NCBI GenBank assembly: GCA_964291395.2
Contig: OZ219858.1
Span: 1,216,001 to 1,280,000, forward strand
From: Alphaproteobacteria bacterium
GTDB lineage: Bacteria > Pseudomonadota > Alphaproteobacteria > UBA2966
Reading direction: 5' to 3'
Length of the DNA: 64,000 nucleotides
Every line of letters starts with the position of its first letter. Position 1 is the first letter of the stretch. This document shows positions 39,253 to 50,300 of the stretch, piece after piece. The position numbers were made by a program, and so were the translations under genes. The notes beneath the pieces are model-generated. The model had not been told where the DNA came from and did not search any database. It saw only the letters and a program-made list of their open reading frames with translations.

Positions 39253-40542
39253 ATGGCGAACGTAGCGGTCGTTGGGTCCCAATGGGGCGACGAGGGCAAG
39301 GGAAAGATCGTGGACTGGCTGAGCCAACGCGCGGACATCGTCGTACGGTTTCAAGGCGGCCACAATGCCGGTCACACGTTGGTCATCGACGGCGTGACGT
39401 ACAAGTTGAGCCTACTCCCGTCGGGCGTGGTCCAGAACAAACTGTCCATCATCGGCAACGGGGTCGTCGTCGATCCCTGGGCGCTGCTCGAGGAAATCGA
39501 TAGGCTTGGCTCGCAGGGGGTCCACGTCACGCCCGACAACCTGAGGATCGCGGAGAACGCCAATCTGATCCTGCCGTTGCACCGGGACCTGGACGTGTTG
39601 CGGGAAGAGGCCCAAGGCGGCAGGGCGATCGGCACCACGCGCCGGGGCATCGGACCCTGCTATGAAGACAAGATCGGGCGTCGCGGCGTGCGAGTCTGCG
39701 ACCTGAGAGACCGCGATGCACTGGAATCACGGGTCGACGCCTTGCTTGCCCACCACGACGTCTTGCGCCGGGGATTCGGCACCGGTGCCGTTGATCGCCA
39801 GGCATTGTTGGACGACCTTGCCGGGGTCGCCGAACGCATCGGCCCGTTTGTCGACGTCGTGTGGCGCGTGCTCGACGAGGCCCGCCGCGCCGACAAGCGG
39901 ATCCTCTTCGAGGGCGCCCAGGGGATCATGCTGGACGTCGATCATGGCACCTATCCGTACGTGACCTCGTCCAACACGGTTGCCGGGCAAGCCGTGACGG
40001 GAACGGGGGCGGGGGCCGGCGCCGTCGACTACGTGCTGGGGATTGCCAAGGCTTACACGACCCGGGTGGGCTCCGGCCCCTTCCCGACTGAACTCGATGA
40101 CGAGATCGGCGAAGGCCTCGGCGAGCGGGGCAGGGAGTTTGGCACCGTTACCGGGCGCGCGCGGCGCTGCGGCTGGTTCGACGCCGTCATGGTCGGCCAG
40201 GCCGTGAAAGTCGGCGGCATCGACGGCATCGTGCTGACGAAACTGGATGTCCTCGACGGGCTCGACGAGATCAAGGTGTGCACCGGGTATCGTCTGGGCA
40301 ACCATTCCTTGTTCCACCTGCCGTCGGGCGCCGCCGAACAGGCCGCGGTCGAACCCGTCTATGAAACCATGGAGGGATGGAGCGAGAGCACCCGGGGCGC
40401 GCGGACCTGGGCCGATCTGCCCGCCACCGCCGTCAAGTACATCCGGCGCATCGAGGAATTGATCTCCATGCCCGTCGCTCTCGTGTCAACGAGTCCCGAG
40501 CGGGACGATACGATCGTCGTGCGGGACCCCTTCGACGGCTAA
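39253..40542 (+). CDS. purA: Adenylosuccinate synthetase
   Basis: [39 protein letters not shown]. Confidence 0.98.
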   Translation: MANVAVVGSQWGDEGKGKIVDWLSQRADIVVRFQGGHNAGHTLVIDGVTYKLSLLPSGVVQNKLSIIGNGVVVDPWALLEEIDRLGSQGVHVTPDNLRIAENANLILPLHRDLDVLREEAQGGRAIGTTRRGIGPCYEDKIGRRGVRVCDLRDRDALESRVDALLAHHDVLRRGFGTGAVDRQALLDDLAGVAERIGPFVDVVWRVLDEARRADKRILFEGAQGIMLDVDHGTYPYVTSSNTVAGQAVTGTGAGAGAVDYVLGIAKAYTTRVGSGPFPTELDDEIGEGLGERGREFGTVTGRARRCGWFDAVMVGQAVKVGGIDGIVLTKLDVLDGLDEIKVCTGYRLGNHSLFHLPSGAAEQAAVEPVYETMEGWSESTRGARTWADLPATAVKYIRRIEELISMPVALVSTSPERDDTIVVRDPFDG

Positions 40543-40859
40543 GGCCTCCGCGCCACGGAGGCACGGGTTTGCAAGAGGTTCTTGGTAGGCACCAAGCGAT
40601 GTCGGATATGGTCTCAGGACCGGTTCGCGAGATGCATGCCCGCCCTGGAGGTTAAACCGGCGTGAAACCTCCTCGTGTGCGCGTTGGCATGTTGGAAACG
40701 TGACGTTCGCAGGCGTGCCCGACGTTTCCACGACGGCAGCTATTGATCGCTATGCTCCGAACTCGCCGCACGTTTCACTACTGTGAGGAGTTTCGGCTTC
40801 GTGCGGGCGGGTCCCAGGTTGGACCGCAGTGAAGAGATTCCGGCTGACCGGGACCGCTC

Positions 40860-41741
40860 CTAACCCCCCATATTCGCATCGATCTGCGCATTGCGGATCG
40901 CTTTCTGGAGTTTTTCGAAAGCGCGCACTTCGATCTGGCGCACGCGTTCCCGGCTGACGCCGAATTCCTTGCTGAGATCCTCGAGCGTGCTGGGATCGTC
41001 CTTCAGGCGGCGTTCGGTGAGGATTCGACGTTCGCGGTCGTTGAGGGTCTGCATCGCGTCGGTCAACAGGTCACGCCGCTTACCCATCTCCTCGGCTTCG
41101 CCGAAGACCGTCTCCTGATCGGGGGTTTCGTCGACTAGCCAGTCCTGCCACTCCCCCTCTCCATCGACACGCATGGGAGCATTCAGAGAGTGATCGGCGC
41201 CAGCCAAGCGGCGGTTCATCTGCACGACATCGTCCTCGGAAACGTCCAGCTTGTCGGCGATGGTCTTGACGGTTTCCGGATGAAGATCGCCCTCTTCGAT
41301 CGCTTGCAACTGTCCCTTCAGCCTACGAAGATTGAAGAACAGCTTCTTCTGCGCCGTCGTCGTGCCCATCTTGACGAGCGACCAGGATCGCAGGATGTAT
41401 TCCTGGATCGATGCCCGGATCCACCACATGGCGTAGGTCGCGAGACGAAAGCCCTTGTCCGGCTCGAACCGCTTCACCGCCTGCATCAGGCCGATATTGC
41501 CCTCGGCGATCAATTCGCCGACGGGAAGTCCGTAGCCGCGGTATCCCATGGCGATCTTGGCCACGAGGCGAAGGTGGCTGGTCACGAGGGTGTGGGCTGA
41601 TTCGACGTCATCGTGCTCGCGCCAGCGCTTGGCAAGGACGTACTCCTCTTCCGCATCCAGCATGGGGAAGTCACGGATTTCCCGGAGATACCGTGAAAGG
41701 CCGACCTCCGGAGAGATGACGGGTATCAGGTTCTTCGCCAT
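40860..41741 (-). CDS. rpoH: RNA polymerase sigma-32 factor
   Basis: SHLRLVAKIA, RpoH box QKKLFFNLR, GVSRERVRQIE. Confidence 0.97.
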   Translation of the reverse strand: MAKNLIPVISPEVGLSRYLREIRDFPMLDAEEEYVLAKRWREHDDVESAHTLVTSHLRLVAKIAMGYRGYGLPVGELIAEGNIGLMQAVKRFEPDKGFRLATYAMWWIRASIQEYILRSWSLVKMGTTTAQKKLFFNLRRLKGQLQAIEEGDLHPETVKTIADKLDVSEDDVVQMNRRLAGADHSLNAPMRVDGEGEWQDWLVDETPDQETVFGEAEEMGKRRDLLTDAMQTLNDRERRILTERRLKDDPSTLEDLSKEFGVSRERVRQIEVRAFEKLQKAIRNAQIDANMGG

Positions 41742-41903
41742 GGTCGTACGCTTTTCGTAATCCGCCGATATTCCGCGTGCGTGAACGCCGTCCTCGGGTG
41801 TTCGTTCCGGTCGACGGATCGCCGTCCTAACCCGAAATCGTGACCAAAGTGTGTCCGGGGCCGGGCGCGCCGTCAGGCGCCATGGTGCGGCGATCCGGAG
41901 TCT

Positions 41904-42887
41904 TCACTTGGGCGCTTCCAATACACCAATCAATTCTTTCATCTCAACGGGCAATTCCGATTCGAACCTGACGGGTCGGCCGGTCTTCGGATGCGAGAAG
42001 CCCAGAAGCCCGGCGTGCAACGCTTGGCGGTCGAAGGCGCGGATAATGGCTTGGGCATTCGCCGCGGCCCCGGCAACGTGCCTGGCCCGGCCATACAATC
42101 GATCGCCGACCACGGGGTGTCCGATGTGTGCCAGGTGCACGCGGATTTGATGCGTACGGCCCGTCGCCAGCCTGCAATGCACGACGCTGGCCCCGGCGGC
42201 GAGCTGCCGCTGCACTCGGTATCGAGTCAGCGCCTGCTTGCCTGCCCGTTCAACCACGGCCATCCTGCGGCGGTTTCGGGGATGGCGTCCGATCGGGGCC
42301 TCTATCTCGCCCCGCAGCGGTCGGGGTACTCCCCAGACGACCGCCAGATAGGCGCGTTCGACGGTGCGCTCGGCGAACTGCCTGGCAAGCGCGGTGTGCG
42401 CGCGGTCGCTCTTGGCGGCGACCATCAAACCGCTCGTTTCCTTGTCCAGGCGGTGCACGATCCCGGGACGGCGCACGCCGCCGATTCCCGACAGGGAGTC
42501 GCCGCAGTGATGGACCAGCGCGTTGACCAGGGTCCGGTCCGGATTGCCGGGCGCCGGATGCACGACCAAACCAGCCGGCTTGTCGACGACGATGAGCTCG
42601 TCGTCTTCATGCAGGATGCGAAGCGGTATGTGCTGGCCTCGAGGGGACGGATCGGAGGCCGGCGGGACGGAAACGGTATAGGATTCTCCCGGTTTGACCC
42701 GGTATGAGGGCTCCGATATCGTCGCCTCCCCGCGACTGACGAGGCCCGCCTGGATGAGCGCCTTGACGCGCATGCGCGACAGGTCGGGCAGGGCGGACGT
42801 CAGCACGCGGTCGAGGCGCAGGCCGGCCGTTGCCGCATCGACGGCGACCACGTGTGTCTCGAATTCCGGCGCGGGGAGTGTTTCCAT
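41904..42887 (-). CDS. rluD: RluA-family 23S rRNA pseudouridine synthase
   Basis: S4 domain, VDKPAGLVVHP, VHRLDKETSG, TGRTHQIRVH, RQALHA. Confidence 0.92.
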   Translation of the reverse strand: METLPAPEFETHVVAVDAATAGLRLDRVLTSALPDLSRMRVKALIQAGLVSRGEATISEPSYRVKPGESYTVSVPPASDPSPRGQHIPLRILHEDDELIVVDKPAGLVVHPAPGNPDRTLVNALVHHCGDSLSGIGGVRRPGIVHRLDKETSGLMVAAKSDRAHTALARQFAERTVERAYLAVVWGVPRPLRGEIEAPIGRHPRNRRRMAVVERAGKQALTRYRVQRQLAAGASVVHCRLATGRTHQIRVHLAHIGHPVVGDRLYGRARHVAGAAANAQAIIRAFDRQALHAGLLGFSHPKTGRPVRFESELPVEMKELIGVLEAPK

Positions 42888-42923
42888 CGTAAAGGCGACA
42901 GGTCCGGCGGGCGGCGATCGACA

Positions 42924-43277
42924 ATGACCGACAGCTTACGCGCCCTCAAGTTTCTGGTCATCGCCATGGGCGTCGTGATCATCATCGGTACCGCCGTTGT
43001 CGTCGTCACGATTTTCCAACGCGCAAGTACCGGGTGGGGAGGCGACCAGCCAGTCGGGCCCGCCATCGAGGTCGCCGCGTCCGATGCCGCTCCGAGTTCC
43101 GGGTTCGGAAGACGGACGCTCGACGTGCCCCGCGGCAGCCGCATCGTGGACATGATCGCCGAAGGGGACCGCTTGTTCGTTCGTCTGGAAATGTCCAAGG
43201 GCGCGCATCGGATCATCGTGCTCGATACCGTGACCGGCGCCCGTCTCGGCGAGTTCGAGGTTCGCGGGTCCCCTTGA
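42924..43277 (+). CDS. Conserved membrane-anchored hypothetical protein
   Basis: LRALKFLVIAMGVVII TM segment, C-terminal LDTVTGARLG; typical divergent neighbour of rluD. Confidence 0.7.
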   Translation: MTDSLRALKFLVIAMGVVIIIGTAVVVVTIFQRASTGWGGDQPVGPAIEVAASDAAPSSGFGRRTLDVPRGSRIVDMIAEGDRLFVRLEMSKGAHRIIVLDTVTGARLGEFEVRGSP

Positions 43278-43768
43278 GTCACATCCCGACCACGGTTCGA
43301 CTGGCGCCCGAGGATCTGCAAGTCATCGTCGGCTTCGCCGAGGCCGCCTACCCGGAGGAGTGCTGCGGCCTTCTGTCGGGAGCCGAGGAGGCGGGTGTCG
43401 TGCAGGTCGACGGTGTCCACGAGAGCGAAAACCTCGCGGAGGCGCCCGCGCGCCGGTTCGAGGTCGATCCGGCTCTCCGCCTTCGTCTGCAGCGTGCCCT
43501 CAGGGGAAGCGGCCGGGGCGTGGTGGGGATCTACCATTCCCACCCGGACGGCCCGGCCCGGCCCTCGCCTCGCGACCTGGAAGCAGCTTGGGAGCCGGAT
43601 CTGGTCTGGCTCATCGTCGGAGTCCGGAAAGGGCAGGTCGTTCAAAGCACCGCGCACGTCCTCGTGGCGGAGGGAGACGAAACCCGGTTCGTCGAAGTTC
43701 CCTTGGTCACCTCCGCTTCGACAGCGATCTCCGGCCGAAAGCCCTTGGAAAGCAGCGGTCCGTGCTAG
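43274..43768 (+). CDS. M67 (JAMM/MPN+) family metallopeptidase
   Basis: YPEECCGLL and YHSHPDGPARPSPRD; TTG start overlapping the upstream stop. Confidence 0.88.
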   Translation: MSHIPTTVRLAPEDLQVIVGFAEAAYPEECCGLLSGAEEAGVVQVDGVHESENLAEAPARRFEVDPALRLRLQRALRGSGRGVVGIYHSHPDGPARPSPRDLEAAWEPDLVWLIVGVRKGQVVQSTAHVLVAEGDETRFVEVPLVTSASTAISGRKPLESSGPC

Positions 43769-43811
43769 AACCTCGTGGACATCGCCTGACCGAACGGGGA
43801 GGAAGGTTTCC

Positions 43812-44870
43812 GTGACGCATGCGCCGGCCGACTTCGCCAGCGACAACACCGCGCCGGTGGCGCCGGAGATCATGGAGGCGATCCTCGCGGCCAATGCGGG
43901 CCAGGCATCGCCGTACGGCGCGGACGACGTCAGCGCCGGGCTTTCGGCGAAATTCTCGGAGCTTTTCGAGACGAAGGTCCTGGTATTTCCCGTCGCCACC
44001 GGTACGGCGGCGAACGTGCTGTCGCTCTCCATGCTCACACCGCCTTGCGGCGCCATCTATTGCCACGAGAACGCCCACATCGAGGAAGACGAATGCGGCG
44101 CGCCGGAGTTTTACACGGGCGCCAAGCTGGTGACGCTAGCGGGGGATCACGGCAGGCTGTCGGCTGCGGATCTGTCGGAAAAGCTCGAAGGTCTGACCCT
44201 GGGGTTCGAGCATCACGTGCAACCCGCCGCGGTCAGTCTCTCGCAGGCGACCGAAAACGGGACGTCCTATCGGCCCGACGATGTCGCCGCCATCGCCGAA
44301 GTCGCGCAACGGTTCGATCTGGGGCTCCACATGGACGGCGCACGATTCGCCAATTCGGTCGCGTACCTGGGATGCACGCCGGCCGATATCACTTGGCGTG
44401 CGGGCGTCGACGCGCTGTCCTTCGGGGCGACCAAGAACGGCGGGATGGCGGCGGAAGCCGCGGTCTTCTTCCGCCCGGAGCTTGCCGAAGCCTTCAAGTA
44501 CCGGCGCAAGCGAGGGGGCCATCTGTTCTCGAAGATGCGCTACGTCTCGGCTCAGCTCGCCGCTTACGTGGCGGATGGTTTGTGGCTGCGCTATGCCGGC
44601 CGGGCCAACGCCATGGCGCAGCGGTTGTCGGGAGGTTTGTCGGCCATCCCCGGCATCGAGATCGTGCATCCAGTCGAGGCGAACGAGGTCTTTCCGCGGA
44701 TGCCGGAGTCCGTCGTCGCGGGGTTGTCCGACCTGGGATTCGGTTTTCATCGCTGGGGTGGGCGCGCTTCGCCGGTGCTGCGTCTCGTCACGGCGTTCAA
44801 CACGACCGGGAACGACGTCGACGGGTTCGTCGCTGCAGCCGAGCGACTCGCTGCGGAGGCTGCGGAGTAG
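43812..44870 (+). CDS. ltaE: Low-specificity L-threonine aldolase
   Basis: FASDN, TGTAAN, HMDGARFAN, SFGATKNG, SKMRY. Confidence 0.9.
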   Translation: MTHAPADFASDNTAPVAPEIMEAILAANAGQASPYGADDVSAGLSAKFSELFETKVLVFPVATGTAANVLSLSMLTPPCGAIYCHENAHIEEDECGAPEFYTGAKLVTLAGDHGRLSAADLSEKLEGLTLGFEHHVQPAAVSLSQATENGTSYRPDDVAAIAEVAQRFDLGLHMDGARFANSVAYLGCTPADITWRAGVDALSFGATKNGGMAAEAAVFFRPELAEAFKYRRKRGGHLFSKMRYVSAQLAAYVADGLWLRYAGRANAMAQRLSGGLSAIPGIEIVHPVEANEVFPRMPESVVAGLSDLGFGFHRWGGRASPVLRLVTAFNTTGNDVDGFVAAAERLAAEAAE

Positions 44871-45064
44871 CCTTACCGAAGACGCCGAATTCAAACCCTC
44901 GACGTGCCTGGGTCCCCCCGGTGCAGGGAATGGACAGGGTGAGGACGGATATGGCGGAGCAGAACCTGCCGGCCGTACCGGCTCTCCACGGGATTCGTTG
45001 ACATGAGCGCTGCACCCGTGGCTTGGTGACGTGCGCTCCCGATACCGTGAAGGGCAACGCGTCC

Positions 45065-46198
45065 ATGATCCCGTGCCAGCGTCACCTCTTCGACATTCCC
45101 CGCGAGGTGGCGTATCTCAATTGCGCTTACATCTCGCCGATCCCCTCTGCTACGCGTGCCGCGGGCGAAGCCGGCATGGCGCGGAAATCAAGGCCCTGGG
45201 AGCTCACGCCGCTGGATTTCTTCACGGAATCGGAAGCGACTCGAAGCCTGTTCGCCGGCCTGATCGGCGCGACGGCGGAGGACATCGCGGTCGTCCCGTC
45301 CGTCAGCTACGGCATCGGGATCGCCGCCGCCAACGTCGCCTTCCGAAAGGGACAAACCGTCATCACCCTGGCGGAACAGTTCCCGTCCAATGTTTACCCG
45401 TGGCGCCGACTGGCCGCCGACCGGGAGGGGTCCGTCGTCACGATCCCGCCACCCCATGACGGGGACTGGGCGGCGGCCGTCATGAACGCCATCGACGCTG
45501 GAACGGCGGTGGTCGCCGTCCCCAACTGCCTGTGGACCGACGGCGGTCTCGTCGACCTCGAACGGGTGTCGGATGCCTGCCGGGAGAGCGGGGCCGCGCT
45601 CGTCATCGATGCCACCCAATCGCTTGGCGCGTTGCCGCTCGACGTCGGACGCGTTCGGCCCGATTTCCTCGTATCCGCCTGCTACAAGTGGCTGCTCGGA
45701 CCCTACAGCCTCGGTTTCATCTACATTTCGCCGGAATACCACGACGGACGACCTCTCGAGCAAACGTGGATTGGCAGGGAGAACTCGGAGGATTTCGCCG
45801 GCCTGGTGAACTACCGGGACACGTTCCAGCCCGGCGCCCGACGCTTCGACGTCGGCGAGCGGTCCAATTTCGCGCTGATGCCGGCCGCCAAGGCATCCCT
45901 CGAACTGATCGCCGACTGGGGTATCGATCGGATCGCCGCGACGCTCGGCGGACTTACCGGGGAGATCGCGGCGCGCGCGCAATCGCTGGGGCTGACCAGC
46001 CGGCCAGACGACCGGCGGGCCGGCCATTTTCTCGGAATCCGGTTTCCGAACGGGATGCCGGAGGGTCTGGTGGGCAGGCTGTCCGCCGCGGGCGTCCACG
46101 TCAGCGTGCGGGGCACCTCGATGCGGGTCACGCCTCATCTGTACAACGATGCGGAAGATGTCGACAGGCTGTTCGAAGTCCTGGAGAGCACGTTGTGA
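45065..46198 (+). CDS. Class V PLP-dependent aminotransferase/lyase
   Basis: YLNCAY, QFPSN, DATQSLG, YKWLLGP, RVTPHLYN. Confidence 0.88.
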   Translation: MIPCQRHLFDIPREVAYLNCAYISPIPSATRAAGEAGMARKSRPWELTPLDFFTESEATRSLFAGLIGATAEDIAVVPSVSYGIGIAAANVAFRKGQTVITLAEQFPSNVYPWRRLAADREGSVVTIPPPHDGDWAAAVMNAIDAGTAVVAVPNCLWTDGGLVDLERVSDACRESGAALVIDATQSLGALPLDVGRVRPDFLVSACYKWLLGPYSLGFIYISPEYHDGRPLEQTWIGRENSEDFAGLVNYRDTFQPGARRFDVGERSNFALMPAAKASLELIADWGIDRIAATLGGLTGEIAARAQSLGLTSRPDDRRAGHFLGIRFPNGMPEGLVGRLSAAGVHVSVRGTSMRVTPHLYNDAEDVDRLFEVLESTL

Positions 46199-46347
46199 GC
46201 ATTGCGGGCGGTCGCGGACGCGACTTCGCGGGTTCGACCCTCTTCGACATGCGGTGGGGCCACGCCACCACGCGCCGCGCGGTCATTCCCGTAGTTCCCT
46301 GGTAACGACGAACCCGTCTCTACGGCCTTGCGGCCTTCGAGAAGCGC

Positions 46348-47403
46348 TTAAATCGCTTCCGCGATCGCCTTGCCCACCTCGGCCGTATTCGCCGTTCCGC
46401 CGAGGTCCGGCGTGATCGCCTTGCCTCTGGCCAATACCGTCTCGATTGCGGACTCGACGGCCTGGGCGGCGTCCGCATGCCCCAAGTGCCGCAGCATCAT
46501 GGCTCCGGACCAGATCTGCGCGATCGGATTCGCGATCCCCTGTCCGGCGATATCAGGTGCCGAGCCGTGCACCGGCTCAAACATCGAAGGTGCCTCACCC
46601 TCGGGATTGAGGTTGGCGCTGGGCGCGATGCCGATGCTCCCCACGACCGCGGGTCCGAGATCGGAAAGGATGTCGCCGAAGAGGTTGCTGCCGACGACGA
46701 CATCGAACCAGTCCGGATGCTGGACGAAATGCGCGGTGAGAATATCGATGTGGTATTGATCCGTCGTGACGTCGGGATAGTCGGCTCGGATGGCGTCGAA
46801 CCGCTCGTCCCAAAACGGCATCGTATGAATGATCCCATTCGACTTGGTCGCGGACGTGACGTGTTTGCGCGAACGCGTGCGGGCAAGGTCGAAGGCGTAG
46901 CGCATGATGCGGTCAACGCCGGTACGCGTGAATACGGTCTCCTGGGTCACGAGTTCATGGTCAGTGCCCGCGTACAGCCGGCCACCGATCTGGGAATATT
47001 CGCCTTCGACGTTTTCCCGCACGATGACCATGTCGATCTCACCGGGGGAACGGTCGCGAACGGGGGGTGTAATTCCCTCGAACAACTTGACGGGACGAAC
47101 GTTGGCATATTGGTTGAACGCCCGCCGGATCGGGATCAGGAGGCCCCACAGCGAAACATGGTCGGGAACCCCCGGGTACCCCACGGCGCCCAAGTAAATC
47201 GCATCGCAAGCCGCAAGGGTATCCCGCCAGTCTTCAGGCTTCATGGTACCGGTGGACGTGTACAGCTCACAGCTCCAGTCGAGTTCGGCCCAAGAGAACT
47301 CAACGCCGAACCGCTTGCCGGCCGCCTCCATCGCCCGGATGCCCTCCGGCATGACTTCCTTGCCGATGCCGTCTCCTGCGATCACCGCAACGCGATGTGC
47401 CAT
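46348..47403 (-). CDS. ttuC: Tartrate dehydrogenase/decarboxylase
   Basis: GDGIGKEV, VPDHVSLWGLL, SATKSNGI, NLFGDILSDL, FEPVHGSAPDIAG. Confidence 0.88.
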   Translation of the reverse strand: MAHRVAVIAGDGIGKEVMPEGIRAMEAAGKRFGVEFSWAELDWSCELYTSTGTMKPEDWRDTLAACDAIYLGAVGYPGVPDHVSLWGLLIPIRRAFNQYANVRPVKLFEGITPPVRDRSPGEIDMVIVRENVEGEYSQIGGRLYAGTDHELVTQETVFTRTGVDRIMRYAFDLARTRSRKHVTSATKSNGIIHTMPFWDERFDAIRADYPDVTTDQYHIDILTAHFVQHPDWFDVVVGSNLFGDILSDLGPAVVGSIGIAPSANLNPEGEAPSMFEPVHGSAPDIAGQGIANPIAQIWSGAMMLRHLGHADAAQAVESAIETVLARGKAITPDLGGTANTAEVGKAIAEAI

Positions 47404-47464
47404 TCTCTGCCTCTCGTTATTCTGACGCATACCTTTTGGATTATGCGGAGCGCGCAAGGGGCAT

Positions 47465-47953
47465 TCACGTCAGATCGAGCTCGAAATGCTCGATTCCGTC
47501 CAAAGGACTGTCATTGTAATTCTCGACGGGCACAAACCCGTACGCGCCGTAAATCTCGCGCGCAGACCTCATGCTTGGCAAGGTATCGAGGCGCATCGCG
47601 AGATAACCCATCTCCTTCGCCTCCGTGATGATGCGGCGTACCAGCTGTTGCCCGACTCCCCGCTTGCGGTAGTTCGGGCGAACGTAGAGGCGCTTCATTT
47701 CGCAAAGGCGTGTTGAACCCCGAGACTCTAGGGGTCGGAGACCTACCGCACCGGCGGCGCCCTGATCCGCGTAGGCGATCAACAGACAGCCGAGCGGTGG
47801 CGCATAGGCTCCCGGGAACTCCTCCATCTCCCGGTCGAACCCCTGAAAGCAGAGGCTGAAATCGAGAGAGTCGGCGTATTCGACGAACAGCGCCTTGGTC
47901 CGCGCGATGTCATCGTCACTTTCGGCGTGACGAAGGGAAATGCCGGTGTCCAT
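47465..47953 (-). CDS. GNAT family N-acetyltransferase
   Basis: LCFQGF, CEMKRLYVRP, RKRGVG, MRLDTL. Confidence 0.9.
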   Translation of the reverse strand: MDTGISLRHAESDDDIARTKALFVEYADSLDFSLCFQGFDREMEEFPGAYAPPLGCLLIAYADQGAAGAVGLRPLESRGSTRLCEMKRLYVRPNYRKRGVGQQLVRRIITEAKEMGYLAMRLDTLPSMRSAREIYGAYGFVPVENYNDSPLDGIEHFELDLT

Positions 47954-48009
47954 CGTCCAACCCGTTACAATCCGAAAGCGCGTCGGCGGTGGCTGTGGCC
48001 GCTATCGAC

Positions 48010-48852
48010 TCACTGGCGGCGCGCTCCATGCCCCCGCCGTTTGCTGGTTTCGCCGCTGCTGAGCTCCATCGTGTGCGCATGGTTGAGGGGGCCGTGTCCC
48101 TCACCGTAGCCGGGCGCCGTCTCGATCGCCGCGCGCAAGTACTTCCGCCCCCGCACGACCGCGTCACGTACCGTCAACCCCTGAGCGATGCCCACCGACA
48201 CGGCCGACGCGAGCGTGCATCCGGTGCCGTGGGTGTGGCGCGTCTTGATTCGAGGGGATTCGAGGACCTCCATGTCCCGTTCCGTGACATAGAGGTCTCG
48301 GACGACATCGCCCTCGAGGTGCCCGCCCTTCAGCAGTACCGCCTTGGGTCCGAGTGTCAGCAGCATGGCCGCCACATGCTCCATCTCGTCGGGAGACGAT
48401 ATGGGCGACCCCGTCAGCGTGACGGCCTCCGGGATGTTGGGCGTGATCAGAGCGGCCCTGGGGATCAGGCGTGCCTTCAGGGTCTCGCCGGTGTCCCGCC
48501 GGATCAATCGCGTACCGTCCTTGGCCACCATGACCGGATCGACCACCAGCGGAACGTGGGAGGCCAGGCTCTCGTAAAAGTCCACGACGGTGTCGATAAC
48601 CTCCCGCGTGTGGAGCATTCCCGTCTTGATGCAGTCGGCACCGATGTCATCGATGACGCTTTTCATCTGGCTCGCCACGAAAGATGCGGGAACGTCGTGG
48701 ATCTCCTGAACGCCCACGGTGTTCTGCGAGGTCAGGGCGGTTACCGCCGTGGCGGCGTAGCCTCCCAGAGCTGTGACGGTCTTGATGTCCGCCTGCAGGC
48801 CAGCGCCACCACCCGAGTCGGATCCCGCTACTATGAGCACTCGACCTTCCAT
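48010..48852 (-). CDS. thiD: Hydroxymethylpyrimidine/phosphomethylpyrimidine kinase
   Basis: AGSDSGGGAGLQADIKT, VVDPVM, KGGH, THGTGCTLAS, GHGPLNH. Confidence 0.95.
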   Translation of the reverse strand: MEGRVLIVAGSDSGGGAGLQADIKTVTALGGYAATAVTALTSQNTVGVQEIHDVPASFVASQMKSVIDDIGADCIKTGMLHTREVIDTVVDFYESLASHVPLVVDPVMVAKDGTRLIRRDTGETLKARLIPRAALITPNIPEAVTLTGSPISSPDEMEHVAAMLLTLGPKAVLLKGGHLEGDVVRDLYVTERDMEVLESPRIKTRHTHGTGCTLASAVSVGIAQGLTVRDAVVRGRKYLRAAIETAPGYGEGHGPLNHAHTMELSSGETSKRRGHGARRQ

Positions 48853-48868
48853 GGCACCTCCGCCGCTC

Positions 48869-50215
48869 TCAATTCGACGCGTGACTCGCCGCCGACACGA
48901 TCTCCTCGACGATCTCGTCAACCAGACGGCCGTCTTCGCCTTCAGCCATTATGCGAAGGACGGGTTCGGTTCCCGACTTGCGCACGACGATACGACCGGA
49001 TGAACCGAGTCGCGCCCGGCCGTCGTCGACGGCTTGCCGGACCTTTTCGTCCTCCATGGGACGATCACCGTTCACGGAAACGTTGCGCAACACCTGGGGA
49101 AACGGGACGAACAGGCGTCCGGCCTCGCTCACGGGTTTTCCAGTCTCGACAAAGACGGCGAGCGCCTGCAGCGCGGCGATCAATCCGTCGCCGGTGGTGT
49201 TGAAATCTCTCAGAATGATGTGGCCCGACTGCTCGCCGCCCACGTTGTGTCGGTGTTCTCGCATGTGCTCGACGACGTAGCGGTCGCCGACCGGCATGCG
49301 CTCCAGCTTCAGTCTTCGTTCCGACAGATACCGTTCCAGGCCAAGATTGGACATCACGGTGGCGACGATCGTGTCCGACGCCAGCCGATCCGCCGCTTGC
49401 CAGTGGGTGGCAACCAATGCCATCAGCTGATCACCGTCAAGCAATTCCCCCCGTTCGTCGGCAAGCACGACCCGGTCCGCATCCCCATCCAGGGCCATCC
49501 CGATATCGGCGCCGTGGGCAACAACCTGACTGCACATCGCCTCCGGCGAAGTGGAACCGCAGCCGTCGTTGATGTTGGTACCGTCCGGTGAGACGCCCAG
49601 GGGGATGATCGTGGCGCCGAGTTCCCAAAGGACGGTCGGCGCGACACTGTAGGCCGCGCCGTTGGCGCAGTCGACGACCACCTTCACGCCGTCGAGGGTC
49701 CGTTCCTTGGGAAACGTGTTCTTGGCGAATTCGATATAGCGTCCTTCGACGTCGTCGAGGCGGTTGGCGCGTCCGAGGCCCCCCGACGGCGCCATGCCGC
49801 CTTCTCCGCCCGCGCCCAACCGCGCTTCGATCTGCGCCTCGACCTCATCGGACAACTTGTATCCATCCGGACCGAACAACTTGATTCCATTGTCCTGGTA
49901 CGGGTTGTGGGAGGCGGAGATGACCACACCCAGATCCGCTCTGAGCGATCGGGTCAGCATGGCCACCGCAGGCGTGGGCATGGGTCCGACCAGGGTCACG
50001 TCCATGCCGACCGCAATGAAGCCCGCAGTGAGTGCCGACTCGATCATGTAGCCGGAAAGCCGGGTATCCTTGCCGATAACGACTCGATGCCGATGCTCGC
50101 CGCGGAGGAACTGGCTGCCCGCCGCCTTGCCAACGGCCAAGGCTACGTCAGCCGTCATCGGCCATTCGTTGGCCGCGCCGCGAATTCCGTCAGTCCCGAA
50201 GTACTTCGGTGCCAT
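48869..50215 (-). CDS. glmM: Phosphoglucosamine mutase
   Basis: [36 protein letters not shown]. Confidence 0.97.
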   Translation of the reverse strand: MAPKYFGTDGIRGAANEWPMTADVALAVGKAAGSQFLRGEHRHRVVIGKDTRLSGYMIESALTAGFIAVGMDVTLVGPMPTPAVAMLTRSLRADLGVVISASHNPYQDNGIKLFGPDGYKLSDEVEAQIEARLGAGGEGGMAPSGGLGRANRLDDVEGRYIEFAKNTFPKERTLDGVKVVVDCANGAAYSVAPTVLWELGATIIPLGVSPDGTNINDGCGSTSPEAMCSQVVAHGADIGMALDGDADRVVLADERGELLDGDQLMALVATHWQAADRLASDTIVATVMSNLGLERYLSERRLKLERMPVGDRYVVEHMREHRHNVGGEQSGHIILRDFNTTGDGLIAALQALAVFVETGKPVSEAGRLFVPFPQVLRNVSVNGDRPMEDEKVRQAVDDGRARLGSSGRIVVRKSGTEPVLRIMAEGEDGRLVDEIVEEIVSAASHASN

Positions 50216-50300
50216 AGGCAATTTCTCCGGACCCTGCATCGGACTACGGAGTGTCGGCTTCGATCCGGTCGCGGATCGAATTGAAGGATCGGTTGGCTTT

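Noticed and set aside
40544-40562. Hairpin GCCTCCG-cgcca-CGGAGGC after purA as a terminator
   Set aside because: Short stem and no adjacent U-tract
44905-44940. LGPPGAGNGQ resembles the adenylate kinase P-loop
   Set aside because: Lacks the GK lysine and has no further similarity; probably chance
46195-46305. 36-aa ORF overlapping the aminotransferase stop (GTGA)
   Set aside because: No recognisable family; cannot tell a remnant from chance
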